This document shows positions 1 through 8,878 of a stretch of 26,324 nucleotides of DNA, one piece after another. The position numbers were made by a program, and so were the translations under genes. Each line of letters opens with the position of its first letter. Positions within the stretch are counted from its first letter, which is position 1. The notes below the pieces were generated by a model. That model was not told the DNA's origin. It was given only the letters and a program-made list of their open reading frames with translations, and made no database searches. Source of the stretch: Lentisphaerota bacterium (GTDB lineage: Bacteria; Verrucomicrobiota; Lentisphaeria; Oligosphaerales; Oligosphaeraceae); the NCBI GenBank assembly GCA_012800625.1, contig JAAZIY010000352.1, positions 1-26,324 on the forward strand, in the 5' to 3' direction.

Positions 1-130
1 ATCGTTTTGTCGGACGAATCGGACGAATCGGACGAATCGGACGTATCGGACGTATCGTTTTGTCGGACGGATCGGACGGATCGGACGAATCGGACGAATC
101 GGACGTATCTTTTGTGGGACGAGTGGGACG
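1..130. repeat. Tandem 9-bp repeat TCGGACG(A/T/G)A arranged as 53-bp higher-order blocks; may continue upstream of the window
   Basis: TCGTTTTG plus 5 units at 2-54, the same again at 55-107, then a degenerate TCTTTTG-TGGGACGAG-TGGGACG at 108-130. Confidence 0.95.
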
Positions 131-164
131 TGTTTTTTCGGGATTGTGTTATTTGAGGAGAATC

Positions 165-980
165 ATGTTACGCGCCAATTTTCATACGCATACTCGTTTG
201 TGTAAGCATGCCAGCGGCGATGTCGCCGACTACTGTCAGGCCGCGCTTGATTCAGGTGTGTCGGTTCTGGGATTTACCGATCATTGTCCGCATCCGGACT
301 CGCGCTGGTCTGAGGTGCGCATGGATATGAGTGATCTGCCCACATATGTGGACGACATAGAAAAAGCCGTGCTCGATTTTCCCAAACTGCATATATTGAG
401 TGGCCTGGAATGTGAGTTCGTGCCCGAGCTAAGCGATTTTCAGCGAGAATATTTTCTTGGTGAACTAGGCTTGGACTACTTGCTGGGGGCGGCGCATTTT
501 TACTGGCATAAAGGCGAGTTTCATAATATCTACGGTCAGCTTATGGATGCCGAGCAACTAGACGCCTATGCCGAATATCTTTGTGACACTATGCGTAGCG
601 GCCTATATATGGCACTGGCGCACCCCGATCTTTTTGCCATGTCCATATGGCAGTGGGACCAGGCCGCCGAGTCTTGCTCGCGCCGCATATTACAGTGCGC
701 CCAGGATTGTGCCATGCCTCTGGAGCTTAATGCCTATGGCCTGCGCAAGCCGGCCAAAGAATATGCCGAGGGCATACGCCGCATGTATCCGGTGGCGCAA
801 TTTTGGCAGCTGGCTGCAGAATATGATATCGAGGTGCTGGCCAGCTCTGACGCCCATCAGCCCGAAGATGTCTGGGGTAATACCGACGACTGCTATGAGA
901 TAGCAGAAAAATATGGCCTGAAGGTAATCAACGAGGTTTTTCTGCAGCGCATTCTTGAGGCAAAAGACAACAGACTGTAA
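165..980 (+). CDS. PHP-domain phosphoesterase, histidinol-phosphatase HisJ family
   Basis: Metal-binding motifs HTHT, FTDH, GLECE, AHPD, ELN and SDAH. Start placed at ATG 165 behind GAGGAG (155-160); the ORF-track extension from 60 is translated repeat. Confidence 0.85.
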   Translation: MLRANFHTHTRLCKHASGDVADYCQAALDSGVSVLGFTDHCPHPDSRWSEVRMDMSDLPTYVDDIEKAVLDFPKLHILSGLECEFVPELSDFQREYFLGELGLDYLLGAAHFYWHKGEFHNIYGQLMDAEQLDAYAEYLCDTMRSGLYMALAHPDLFAMSIWQWDQAAESCSRRILQCAQDCAMPLELNAYGLRKPAKEYAEGIRRMYPVAQFWQLAAEYDIEVLASSDAHQPEDVWGNTDDCYEIAEKYGLKVINEVFLQRILEAKDNRL

Positions 981-996
981 GTCCTGGCCGCTGTTC

Positions 997-1052
997 TTTT
1001 GTGTGCCTTCGTGTGCCTCGTGTGTCTTAGTGGTTCATGGGCTTTTTGGACG
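997..1052 (-). repeat. Dispersed ACACTAAG-family repeat, copy 1, between convergent PHP gene and larC
   Basis: Minus strand reads CGTCCAAAAAGCCCATGAACCACTAAGACACACGAGGCACACGAAGGCACACAAAA. Confidence 0.8.
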
Positions 1053-1060
1053 GAGCCTAA

Positions 1061-2389
1061 CTAATCGGTTTTCTTTTGCTGCCAAGTATTGGCACTGTTC
1101 AATACTTGTCTTATAGGGACATTATTGGCCAGTGCTATTTTTCTTGCCGCCTCATATTCCGGCACCAGTTCAATGATGCCGCCGGGACGCTGTACCTGCT
1201 TGCAGAGCAGCTTCCCCCAGGCCGTGTCTATCTCTATGCTGCGGCGCTTGAGCAGCAGTCTTTGATTTTGGCTTAGCCGCAGGCCGATGCTGCTGGACTC
1301 GCGCAAAATCAGCTCGCAGAGACCTTTTTGCTGCTCGAGCCGACAGAGCACCCGGACTAGCTGCCCCGGACGGTTTTTCTTTTTTTGAGTGGCGGTAAAG
1401 GATACGTCGAGCGCGGAATGTTCGTACAGCTGCTCCATGAGATAGGCCAGGCTTTCCGGGCTTTGGTCGTCAGTCTCAAACTCGATCACCTGCACCTGGT
1501 CGCAAAGCAGCTCGCCGTCTTGTTGCTCGTCCTCGCTTTCAAACAGAATGGAGCGCACCAGGTTGGGCATGAGAGCAAACTCCTTGCTTCCGTGTCCGTA
1601 GCCACAGCCTAGGATGCGTGCGTTTGGCGGTATTTGGCTGCCTTGGCTCAAAGCTGTAAGAATGGCTGCTCCAGTCGGAGTGGTCAGTTCTGATTCTATG
1701 GGCAGGCGGCTGACTTTTTGGCCCTCGAGCAGCTTGGCTGTGGCTGGAGCAGGCACCGGCATGATGCCGTGCGCGCAACGCACCGTGCCGTAGCCAATCT
1801 TGTGCCCCGGGCAAAACAACTTTTCGACGCCAAGTAAATGCAGGGCGATGCAGACCCCGAAAATATCCACAATGGAGTCTACCGCGCCGACTTCGTGGAA
1901 ATGAATCTCCTCGGGGCTGACACCGTGTATGGCGGCTTCGGCCTCGGCCAGGCGACGAAAGACCTTTTCGGCGTTAATCTTGGCAGGGGCGGGAATTTCA
2001 CTCTTGTGCAAAAGCGCTAGTATCTCTCGAAGACCGCGGTGAGCGTGAGGCGAAGAATGTTCGTGTTCATGAGCGTGTTCGTGTTCATGTTCATGTTCAT
2101 GTTCATGAGCGTGTTCATGCTCGTGTCCATGCTCGTGCCCGTGCTCGTGCTCGTGCTCGTGCTCGTGCCCATGCCCATGCTCCGCCTTTTCGTCTGTATA
2201 TACATTCAGGTATGCGCAGACTATGCCGTGTTTACACAGTTTGCGTTCGAAGCACAAAGAAAAATCCTGCAGTCCGCTGGTTTTAATCAGGCGGACGATT
2301 TCCTTCTGGTCCGCTCCCAGGTCAATCAAGCTGGCCAATATCATGTCACCGGCGGCTCCGGACAAGGGTTCGATACTTAAGAATTTCAT
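1061..2389 (-). CDS. larC: Nickel pincer cofactor biosynthesis protein LarC (Ni insertase) with a His-rich insert
   Basis: N-terminus MKFLSIEPLSGAAGDM; motifs IHFHEVGAVDSIVDI, HGIMPVPAPAT, ELTTPTGAA and KKNRPG. AAGGA SD precedes ATG 2389; the longer ORF-track start overlaps the tRNA. Confidence 0.93.
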   Translation of the reverse strand: MKFLSIEPLSGAAGDMILASLIDLGADQKEIVRLIKTSGLQDFSLCFERKLCKHGIVCAYLNVYTDEKAEHGHGHEHEHEHEHGHEHGHEHEHAHEHEHEHEHEHAHEHEHSSPHAHRGLREILALLHKSEIPAPAKINAEKVFRRLAEAEAAIHGVSPEEIHFHEVGAVDSIVDIFGVCIALHLLGVEKLFCPGHKIGYGTVRCAHGIMPVPAPATAKLLEGQKVSRLPIESELTTPTGAAILTALSQGSQIPPNARILGCGYGHGSKEFALMPNLVRSILFESEDEQQDGELLCDQVQVIEFETDDQSPESLAYLMEQLYEHSALDVSFTATQKKKNRPGQLVRVLCRLEQQKGLCELILRESSSIGLRLSQNQRLLLKRRSIEIDTAWGKLLCKQVQRPGGIIELVPEYEAARKIALANNVPIRQVLNSANTWQQKKTD

Positions 2390-2446
2390 GGTTTCATCCT
2401 TGAGGCAGAAAAAGTCTGCTTTCACTTCGTCTGCTTTTGTACATTT

Positions 2447-2469
2447 TTGTCTGTCTTCGTGTCCCAAAA
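2447..2469 (-). repeat. Dispersed repeat, copy 2, in the larC/tRNA divergent region
   Basis: Minus strand TTTTGGGACACGAAGACAGACAA. Confidence 0.7.
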
Positions 2470-2482
2470 CAGTTTTGCCGAC

Positions 2483-2510
2483 TTGTAAGTTGCGTCTCTT
2501 GTGATAAATT
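2483..2510 (+). promoter_or_regulatory. Putative sigma70-type promoter of tRNA-Ser
   Basis: TTGTAA (2483-2488), 16 bp spacer, TG-n-TAAATT extended -10 (2502-2510), 20 bp upstream of the tRNA. Confidence 0.5.
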
Positions 2511-2530
2511 AGTTTTTTGACCAATTTAGC

Positions 2531-2620
<90 letters not shown>

Positions 2621-2622
2621 TT

Positions 2623-2787
2623 TTATTTTTTATCTTTGCTCACTGCGATGACCAGGGCGGCAACCGTGCCTGGCACCCAGCCTAGCAGGGTAAGAAAGAA
2701 GACGACCATGAAGGCGCCGCAGCCTTGGTCGGCCACTGCCAGTGGCGGAAATATAAAACAGAGTATTATTCTTATAAGCAGTGACAA
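2623..2787 (-). CDS. YqaE/Pmp3 family small membrane protein (54 aa)
   Basis: IRIILCFIFPPLAV...LTLLGWVPGTVAAL matches the family pattern; TTG start at 2787 behind AGGAG. Confidence 0.88.
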   Translation of the reverse strand: MSLLIRIILCFIFPPLAVADQGCGAFMVVFFLTLLGWVPGTVAALVIAVSKDKK

Positions 2788-2858
2788 TGCTACAGCTCCT
2801 GTGTAAAAGCCCTGTGGCTTTGCGGCCAAAAAAAAATTGCTAAGCCGTCCGGCAGGAA

Positions 2859-2890
2859 TTTAGACATCAAGGCCCACTAAGGCAGAGCAA
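2859..2890 (+). repeat. Degenerate dispersed repeat, copy 3, just past the TPM gene stop
   Basis: TTTAGACATCAAGGCCCACTAAGGCAGAGCAA keeps the 10-bp AAG periodicity. Confidence 0.45.
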
Positions 2891-2898
2891 GACAAGTC

Positions 2899-3708
2899 TC
2901 ACCATCTGCCTGAGGCTCCGCCTCCTCCGAAGCGTCCGCCTCTGCCGCCGCCAAAGCTAGTTCCGCCGCCGAAGCCGCGCATTCCTCCGCCGCTAAAGCT
3001 GCCTCCTCCACCGCCGCTGCCGAAGCCTGAGCCCCCGCCTTTATTGAGCAGGGCGAGCAGCAGTATGACTCCCAGGATGCCAAAGAAGAAGAAGATCATG
3101 GGCAGGTCGGTCTCTTGCCCGTCCGTCTCCTGCGGGCGCCTATCTGCATCAAGCTCGCTTGGCGTCTTTGGCTGCTGTCCGCTGACAAAAGCCTGCACCT
3201 GGTGTATGGCGTAGATACTGGCTTCGGCGTAGCGTTCATTTTGCAGATATTGGCGCATGGCTCGGATGATGTCACCGGCTCTGGCGTCATTGATAAAGCC
3301 TTCCCAGCCGTAGCCGATTTCGAGACGCAGCTCCCGTTCTTTGAGGCATATAAGCAGGATGGCTCCGTTATCTTGTTCTTTGTTGCCTGGGCGCCATTTT
3401 TCGGCTAGTTTCAGGCTGTATTCCTCGATGCTCCATCCTTTGAGTTCCGGCAGTGTGAGCAGGCCCATTTGTCCGCCAGTGGCTTGTTCCAGCGCTTCAA
3501 TCTCCTGCTCGAGGCGCATTTTTTCCTCTTCTTGGAAAAGGCCGGCCAGGTCTACTACGCGGGCACTGAACTCTGGCAGCTGGGTGAGGGAGTCAGAGCT
3601 GCCTCTTTTTTTAGGGCAGCGGTCCAGTGCGAACAGAGCCAGTGCCAGGATGCTGATAAGCAGCACCAGGCTGAGATTGATGCGACGTTGATGATTCTTT
3701 TGCGCCAT
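2899..3708 (-). CDS. TPM-domain (YgcG-like) membrane protein with Gly-rich C-terminal tail
   Basis: RVVDLAG, SIEEYS..LAEKW.PG....DNGAILL, LRLEIGYGWEG, a TM helix, and a tail ending GRFGGGGASGRW; directly downstream of lemA. Confidence 0.92.
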   Translation of the reverse strand: MAQKNHQRRINLSLVLLISILALALFALDRCPKKRGSSDSLTQLPEFSARVVDLAGLFQEEEKMRLEQEIEALEQATGGQMGLLTLPELKGWSIEEYSLKLAEKWRPGNKEQDNGAILLICLKERELRLEIGYGWEGFINDARAGDIIRAMRQYLQNERYAEASIYAIHQVQAFVSGQQPKTPSELDADRRPQETDGQETDLPMIFFFFGILGVILLLALLNKGGGSGFGSGGGGGSFSGGGMRGFGGGTSFGGGRGGRFGGGGASGRW

Positions 3709-3723
3709 GAGCTTGATGTCGTC

Positions 3724-4299
3724 TTAGAAGCTGACTTCTGGCGCCTGTTCCAGCGCTGCTCTGCCAGCGGGCGGTTCGTAGTATTCGGCGGGGCTAAATC
3801 CCAGGCCGGGGGCAAACAGGGAGCCGGGGAACATGCGTATGGCGGCATTGAAATTCTTCACTGCGCCGTTATAGCGTCCGCGGGCGACCGCGATGCGGTT
3901 TTCAGTGCCGGCCAGCTCATCCTGCAGTCTGACGAAGCTGCTGTCGGCCTTCAGCTGCGGATAGTTCTCGGCGATGGCGAGCAGGCGGCTCAGGGCGGAA
4001 CTGACCGCAGTCTCTGCTCCGGCCTTTTCGGCTGGTGTACTTGCTCCTATGAGTTTGCTGCGAGCATCGGCGACGGCTGTGAAAATCTCGCTTTCATGCG
4101 CCGCATAGCCTTTGACCGTGTTGACCAGGTTGGGGATCAGATCGGAGCGCCGCTGTAGCTGCGTGTCTATCTCGCTCCATTGCAAGTTGACCGCTTCGTC
4201 TTGGTTAATCAGGCTGTTGCGGCTGGAGATTACCCAGCTGGCCGCCAAAAGAAAAAGGGCTAAAAGCGCTAAAACTATGATGATGATGGTTTTTTTCAT
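3724..4299 (-). CDS. lemA: LemA family protein
   Basis: N-terminal TM helix; QLQRRSDLIPNLVNTVKGYAAHE, AENYPQLKA and ENRIAVARGRYN; GGAG SD. Confidence 0.95.
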   Translation of the reverse strand: MKKTIIIIVLALLALFLLAASWVISSRNSLINQDEAVNLQWSEIDTQLQRRSDLIPNLVNTVKGYAAHESEIFTAVADARSKLIGASTPAEKAGAETAVSSALSRLLAIAENYPQLKADSSFVRLQDELAGTENRIAVARGRYNGAVKNFNAAIRMFPGSLFAPGLGFSPAEYYEPPAGRAALEQAPEVSF

Positions 4300-4374
4300 A
4301 AAAACAACTCCAGTTCGGTTAGTGATATTTGCTATAAAAAGATAAGGTTGTTTAGACGGGTTTTGCTTATTTAC

Positions 4375-5082
4375 CTATTGCCTGGCCAGTTGATTTATGA
4401 GTTGCTGGGCGAAGAATGCGGCTTTATAGCTATGTTGCAAGCTTGCTGGTGGTGGCACTTTAAGGCTTGCCAAGAGGTCTAGTCCCAGGAGGGCATTGCC
4501 GGTTTCGTTGACATGCATGGGATCAAGCATAAGCATGCTATACAGCTCAGGTTGTTGTTCCTGCAAAAGCTGCCAGCGTTGGTAATGGTCTTGCAGAGAC
4601 GAGGCGGTTTGCTTTGCCACCTCGCGGATGCTTTGCATATTAGCCAGCATCTTATCCGCCATTTCCTGTTCGAGTTGGTCCAGCATACAGGCGTAGTAGG
4701 TCTGAAAAATGACTTCAGCGCCCATATCGGCAATGCGCTTCTGCAAGTCAAGCAGGTTTTTTTTGAATTGCGCCTTGCTGATGTTTTTCAAGGTGCTGCT
4801 GTCATTGCCGCCTATGGTTATAATTACCAGGTCAGGCTTATATGCGTCTAGGTCTCTCTGATAGCGTGCAAGCAGTCCGCTGCTGGTATCTCCGCCAATG
4901 CCGCAGTTGATGAAGTTGCCGCAGCCGCCGCCATAATGCTGTTTAAAGGCAAGTTCGACAAAATCAAACCAGGTCATGCCTGGCAAACGGCGCTGTGTGT
5001 TGGAGGAGCCGAAGGCTTCCACCACTATATGTTGTCCTCGAGCCAGCTTGTGGAAAATATGCAGGCCGCTAAAGTCTTCCAT
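4375..5082 (-). CDS. SGNH/GDSL hydrolase with an intact catalytic set
   Basis: Block I FGSSNT, block II NCGIGGDT, block III IGGND, block V DPMHVN; ATG 5082 behind AAGGGG. Confidence 0.88.
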   Translation of the reverse strand: MEDFSGLHIFHKLARGQHIVVEAFGSSNTQRRLPGMTWFDFVELAFKQHYGGGCGNFINCGIGGDTSSGLLARYQRDLDAYKPDLVIITIGGNDSSTLKNISKAQFKKNLLDLQKRIADMGAEVIFQTYYACMLDQLEQEMADKMLANMQSIREVAKQTASSLQDHYQRWQLLQEQQPELYSMLMLDPMHVNETGNALLGLDLLASLKVPPPASLQHSYKAAFFAQQLINQLARQ

Positions 5083-5401
5083 GTATAAAACCCCTTGCAG
5101 TGACAAAACAACGGTCAAGTATGCTAATATAAAACCAAACTATACTTTTGTTGAGCAAGCTTGTAAAATAAAGGCGCAAGCGATATGGCAAGGGTAATGT
5201 ACGGATTTGTAAGCCTTAGGTTTTATGGAAAAAAAAGCTGGCAGAAATTGGACGCTAAGGCGCAGCAAGTTGACTTTGCTAAGGAAATACTGGTTTTCTG
5301 TGAATTTCTCGGGAGTTCTTCCCCGACAAGATTTTTGAACGAAGCCCTAGGCAAGTTACTAAGGCTTTTTGCATATATATCATCATTCCAGGAGTTCAGC
5401 C

Positions 5402-6613
5402 ATGTCTCGCAGACTGCTTTCCACCGATTATGCATCCTTGCAGGCCGCCGTAGATGCGGCTGCTGAGAATGACTTGGTCGTGGTTCCCGCCGGTCATCAC
5501 CAGTGTGCTTCGCTACGCTTAAAGAGTAATTTAACTCTGCGTTTGGAAGCTGGGGCTGTGTTGCATGCCCCCAGAGAAATTGAAGGCTATAACAAGAGTG
5601 AGATGCTGCAGCGGCAGACCAGCTTAGACCATTATTTCTTTGGCGGCTTTGGCCTCGAAAACCTGTGCATTGAAGGTGAAGGCGTGCTAGCCTGTAATGG
5701 CGATGCCTTCTGGAGTGATTATGACGGCAAAGACTCGCCGCCAGCCAGCGAGCTGAGGAGCAGGGTGTATCTGTCCATGCCCTCCAGGCCTAGCGCCATG
5801 CTTTTTGTCAATTGCCGGAATCTGCGTCTGCGCGATTTCAGCATAGTCAATGCCGCCGCCTATACGGTCTGGTGCATAGGCTGTCAGAATCTGCGTTTGG
5901 AGCGCTTGCGCATAAAAAACCACCGGCTGGGTCCTAACACCGACGGTCTGGACATAGACTGCTGCCAGGATGTCTGGATAGACTCTTGCCACATCGACGC
6001 CGGCGACGATTGCATCGCTCTGAAAAGCGACATAGCCATACTGGGGCGTGAGCTGCCCTGTGAAAGGGTACATATCAGCAATTGCACGCTTACTTCAACC
6101 TGCTGTGCCCTGCGCTTGGGCTATGAGGGCGACGGCGATATCCGTGACATTATAGTGAATGACTGCATTATACACGACAGCAACAAGGGCTTTGACTTGA
6201 TCTCGGTGTTGCCAGAAATTCAGCGTTTCAATATATACAAGGGGGCCAGAATAGAAAATGTGGTCTTCAAGGGCGCAGTTATGCGCAATGTCAGACAGGC
6301 TATTGCCGTGTGGAGTGGAGCCGACTTGACCGAGGATGAAGAACGTTATCAGGGATATATCAGAAGGCTGAGCTTTGCCGACTTGCAGATAGAAGCGGTG
6401 GACGCCTCTTTTATCGGCGGCATGGCGGTCTCAGAGATCATGCTGAATAATATACGTATGCAGGTTAGGCGAGATGCGCAGCGCTATAAAGGGCAAACGC
6501 TCGTGCGCAAGCCTAATGTCTGGGGTACGGGATATCTGCCTTATGCCTTGAATTTCCACCAGGTGGCCAACCCCATCCTCAATAATGTGAATGTCAGCAT
6601 GGAGGAGTATTGA
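5402..6613 (+). CDS. Glycoside hydrolase family 28-like / pectin-lyase-fold protein
   Basis: VVVPAG, LRLKSNLTLRLEAGAVL, NTDGLD, GDDCIALKS and beta-helix repeats; ATG 5402 behind AGGAG; no signal peptide seen. Confidence 0.85.
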   Translation: MSRRLLSTDYASLQAAVDAAAENDLVVVPAGHHQCASLRLKSNLTLRLEAGAVLHAPREIEGYNKSEMLQRQTSLDHYFFGGFGLENLCIEGEGVLACNGDAFWSDYDGKDSPPASELRSRVYLSMPSRPSAMLFVNCRNLRLRDFSIVNAAAYTVWCIGCQNLRLERLRIKNHRLGPNTDGLDIDCCQDVWIDSCHIDAGDDCIALKSDIAILGRELPCERVHISNCTLTSTCCALRLGYEGDGDIRDIIVNDCIIHDSNKGFDLISVLPEIQRFNIYKGARIENVVFKGAVMRNVRQAIAVWSGADLTEDEERYQGYIRRLSFADLQIEAVDASFIGGMAVSEIMLNNIRMQVRRDAQRYKGQTLVRKPNVWGTGYLPYALNFHQVANPILNNVNVSMEEY

Positions 6614-6643
6614 GAGCGGCTGAGACCCAGCCTCAAAAATCGC

Positions 6644-6681
6644 CTGCCTTAGTGTGTCTTGGTCTGTCTTAGTATCCAATA
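6644..6681 (-). repeat. Dispersed repeat, copy 4, between convergent GH28 gene and dinG
   Basis: Minus strand TATTGGATACTAAGACAGACCAAGACACACTAAGGCAG. Confidence 0.8.
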
Positions 6682-6754
6682 TTTTGGCGATCGCTTTTTA
6701 GGCGGGGGGGTGGGCCGCGCCAATAGCGATTGCCTTCTTGCTTCAGTGGTTCTT

Positions 6755-8752
6755 TTAGAATATTTCCACTGGGCATTTAGGTATTGATTCCAGGAAGAAC
6801 CTGCCGTAGAACTTTTGTTTGACGCGGCAGTCCATGATAACGACCATGCCCTGGTCTTGCTTGGAGCGGATCAGTCTGCCGAAGCCCTGCCTGAACTTGA
6901 GCACGGCTTCGGGCAGGGAGTAATGCAGGAAGGGGTTGCCGCCTCGGAATTTGATCATTTCGCAGCGCGCCTCGATGAGGGGGTGGTCCGGCACCGAAAA
7001 TGGCAGTTTGCAGATGATGACGTTGCTCAGCGCCTCGCCGGCCACATCTACGCCGGTCCAAAAGCTGGCGGTGCCGAAAATCACCGCCTTCTCGTTTTCC
7101 CGGAAGAGTTCGAGCATGCGCCGAGGTCTGTATTCGCCGCCTTGCACATAGACCTGGTAGCCGCCCTTAGCAAAAAAGCCCTGCATATTTTCGTAAAGCT
7201 CATTCATCATCGAGTAGCTGGTGAAGAGGACGAAGGCTCTGCCTTGGCTGAGGCTCAAAAAATGCTCGATTTGCTTTTCCGCCTCGGGCAGAAATTGCGG
7301 CGAGTTAGGCTCGGGCATATTTTGGCCTAGGTATAGCTTCACCTGGCGTTCAAAGTCAAAGGGGCTGTCCAGCAGCAGGCTTGGACAATTCTGCATGCCG
7401 ACGCGTTTCTGGAAAAACGAGATATCGCCGGCAATGGCCAGGGTTGCGCTGGTGACAATGACCGGGAATTTTTCCAGATTGTTGAAAAGCAGCTCATTGA
7501 GCTGTTTTGAAATTTCAATGGGCACGCAATTGAAGCTGATTTCGCGCCCCTCCTTGCCGAAGCGTTCAAACCAGTAGACATACTCATTTTCGCGCATACT
7601 GAAGAAGAGGTTGAGTGCTTCGTTATGTGTGCGTATGCTCTCGATTATCAGTTTAAGCTCCTGAGCGTCTTCGGCCTCCGGTTCACTGCTGCCGCTCAGT
7701 TTTTTTAGTTCAAAAAGCAGTTTGGCGATAAGGCTGTCAAGGTGATTGTCTATATGGTTTGGCACCGTGTAGCGCAATGGTTGCGGGCGCTGGCTCTGCT
7801 GTTGCAACCAGTCCAGGAGGCGGGCAAAGAAAAGCTCGGCCTGGGCGCGCAGTTCGTTGACTGCGCGTCTGCATTCCAGGCAGTTATCATTGGCCAGCAG
7901 GCGCGGGTGGCGCTCATCGACATAGAGTCGGTTGAGCAGCTGTCTTATGCTTAGTGTGTCGCTGCGCGCTCCCAGGTGACTGGAGGCCACCTCCTCCATG
8001 GTGTGTGCCTCGTCCAGCACCACGGCGCTTAATTTGGGCAATAGCGAGGAATTCTGGTTTTCCTCGTCTTTCGCAGTGGGTTTGCCGCGCATGGCCATGC
8101 TGCTAAAAAAGAAGGCGTGATTGGCGATGATGACCTGGCAGTCGGCCAGGCGGCGACGCGCTTTGAAAAGAAAGCATTTTTGATAAAAGCGGCATCTTTT
8201 ATTCAGGCAGTTGCCTCTTTCGCAGCAGACCAGGTTCCAGAGTTGTCTGGAGAGCTGCCTGTCCATTTCTGTATAGTCGCCATTTTGGCTGTTTTGCACC
8301 CAATTCAAGAGCGTGCTGATTTGGCCGCTTAGCTCTTCGCCGGCGAAGTAGCGTTGTTCCAGGCTGGCGATTTGGCTCAGTCTTCGCAGGCAGAGGTAAT
8401 TGCTGCGTCCCTTGCCTACCGCGTAGCTGATTTCGCGCCCTAGCAGCCGTTCAATAAAAGGCAGGTCTTTTTTCAGTATCTGCTCTTGCAGGTTGATGGT
8501 GTGTGTGCTGACCAGTACTGGGCGCTCGGTCTCGAAGGCGTGAAAAACCATCGGCAGCAGGTAGGCGAATGTCTTGCCTACGCCGGTGGGGGCCTCGATG
8601 CAGAGATGCTCACCCCTGGCCAGGCTGGCGGCGATCTCGTGCGCCATGCGCGCCTGCTGCGGACGGGTTTCATACTGCAGGCCTTCATTGCGCTGGCTGT
8701 CACGCAGGGGCGACTTGTCCGAGAAGAACTGGTCTGACTCAAAAAGGCTCAT
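6755..8752 (-). CDS. dinG: ATP-dependent DNA helicase, DinG/YoaA family
   Basis: Q motif ETRPQQ, Walker A EAPTGVGKT, Fe-S cysteines (NYLC; CCERGNC...C...C), DEAH, FWTGVD and QGFGRLIR. Confidence 0.92.
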   Translation of the reverse strand: MSLFESDQFFSDKSPLRDSQRNEGLQYETRPQQARMAHEIAASLARGEHLCIEAPTGVGKTFAYLLPMVFHAFETERPVLVSTHTINLQEQILKKDLPFIERLLGREISYAVGKGRSNYLCLRRLSQIASLEQRYFAGEELSGQISTLLNWVQNSQNGDYTEMDRQLSRQLWNLVCCERGNCLNKRCRFYQKCFLFKARRRLADCQVIIANHAFFFSSMAMRGKPTAKDEENQNSSLLPKLSAVVLDEAHTMEEVASSHLGARSDTLSIRQLLNRLYVDERHPRLLANDNCLECRRAVNELRAQAELFFARLLDWLQQQSQRPQPLRYTVPNHIDNHLDSLIAKLLFELKKLSGSSEPEAEDAQELKLIIESIRTHNEALNLFFSMRENEYVYWFERFGKEGREISFNCVPIEISKQLNELLFNNLEKFPVIVTSATLAIAGDISFFQKRVGMQNCPSLLLDSPFDFERQVKLYLGQNMPEPNSPQFLPEAEKQIEHFLSLSQGRAFVLFTSYSMMNELYENMQGFFAKGGYQVYVQGGEYRPRRMLELFRENEKAVIFGTASFWTGVDVAGEALSNVIICKLPFSVPDHPLIEARCEMIKFRGGNPFLHYSLPEAVLKFRQGFGRLIRSKQDQGMVVIMDCRVKQKFYGRFFLESIPKCPVEIF

Positions 8753-8827
8753 CTGATAACATGAGAGCTATATGGTAAATACAGTTGGAAGCGGGAGATA
8801 TTCCTTCCCAAAAGCAGTTCGGCGCGA

Positions 8828-8861
8828 TTTTGGACACTAAGACACACTAAGGCAGGCCAAG
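8828..8861 (+). repeat. Dispersed repeat, copy 5
   Basis: TTTTGGACACTAAGACACACTAAGGCAGGCCAAG. Confidence 0.85.
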
Positions 8862-8878
8862 GTCAACACTACGGGCAG

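Noticed and set aside
1-130. Possible CRISPR array
   Set aside because: Units are 9 bp and contiguous, with no unique spacers and no cas genes.
60-164. N-terminal SDGSDGSDESDES extension of the PHP ORF
   Set aside because: It is the 9-bp repeat read in frame; a strong SD and the family N-terminus point to ATG 165.
2017-2380. Alternative-frame ORFs with MNMN/STST/VLVL repeats
   Set aside because: They are other readings of the larC His-codon repeat.
2899-4299. lemA-TPM pair as a novel module
   Set aside because: This is a common, well-known gene pairing.
6755-8752. Type IV CRISPR-associated CasDinG or defence helicase
   Set aside because: No cas or defence genes nearby; it has the Fe-S cysteines of housekeeping DinG/YoaA.
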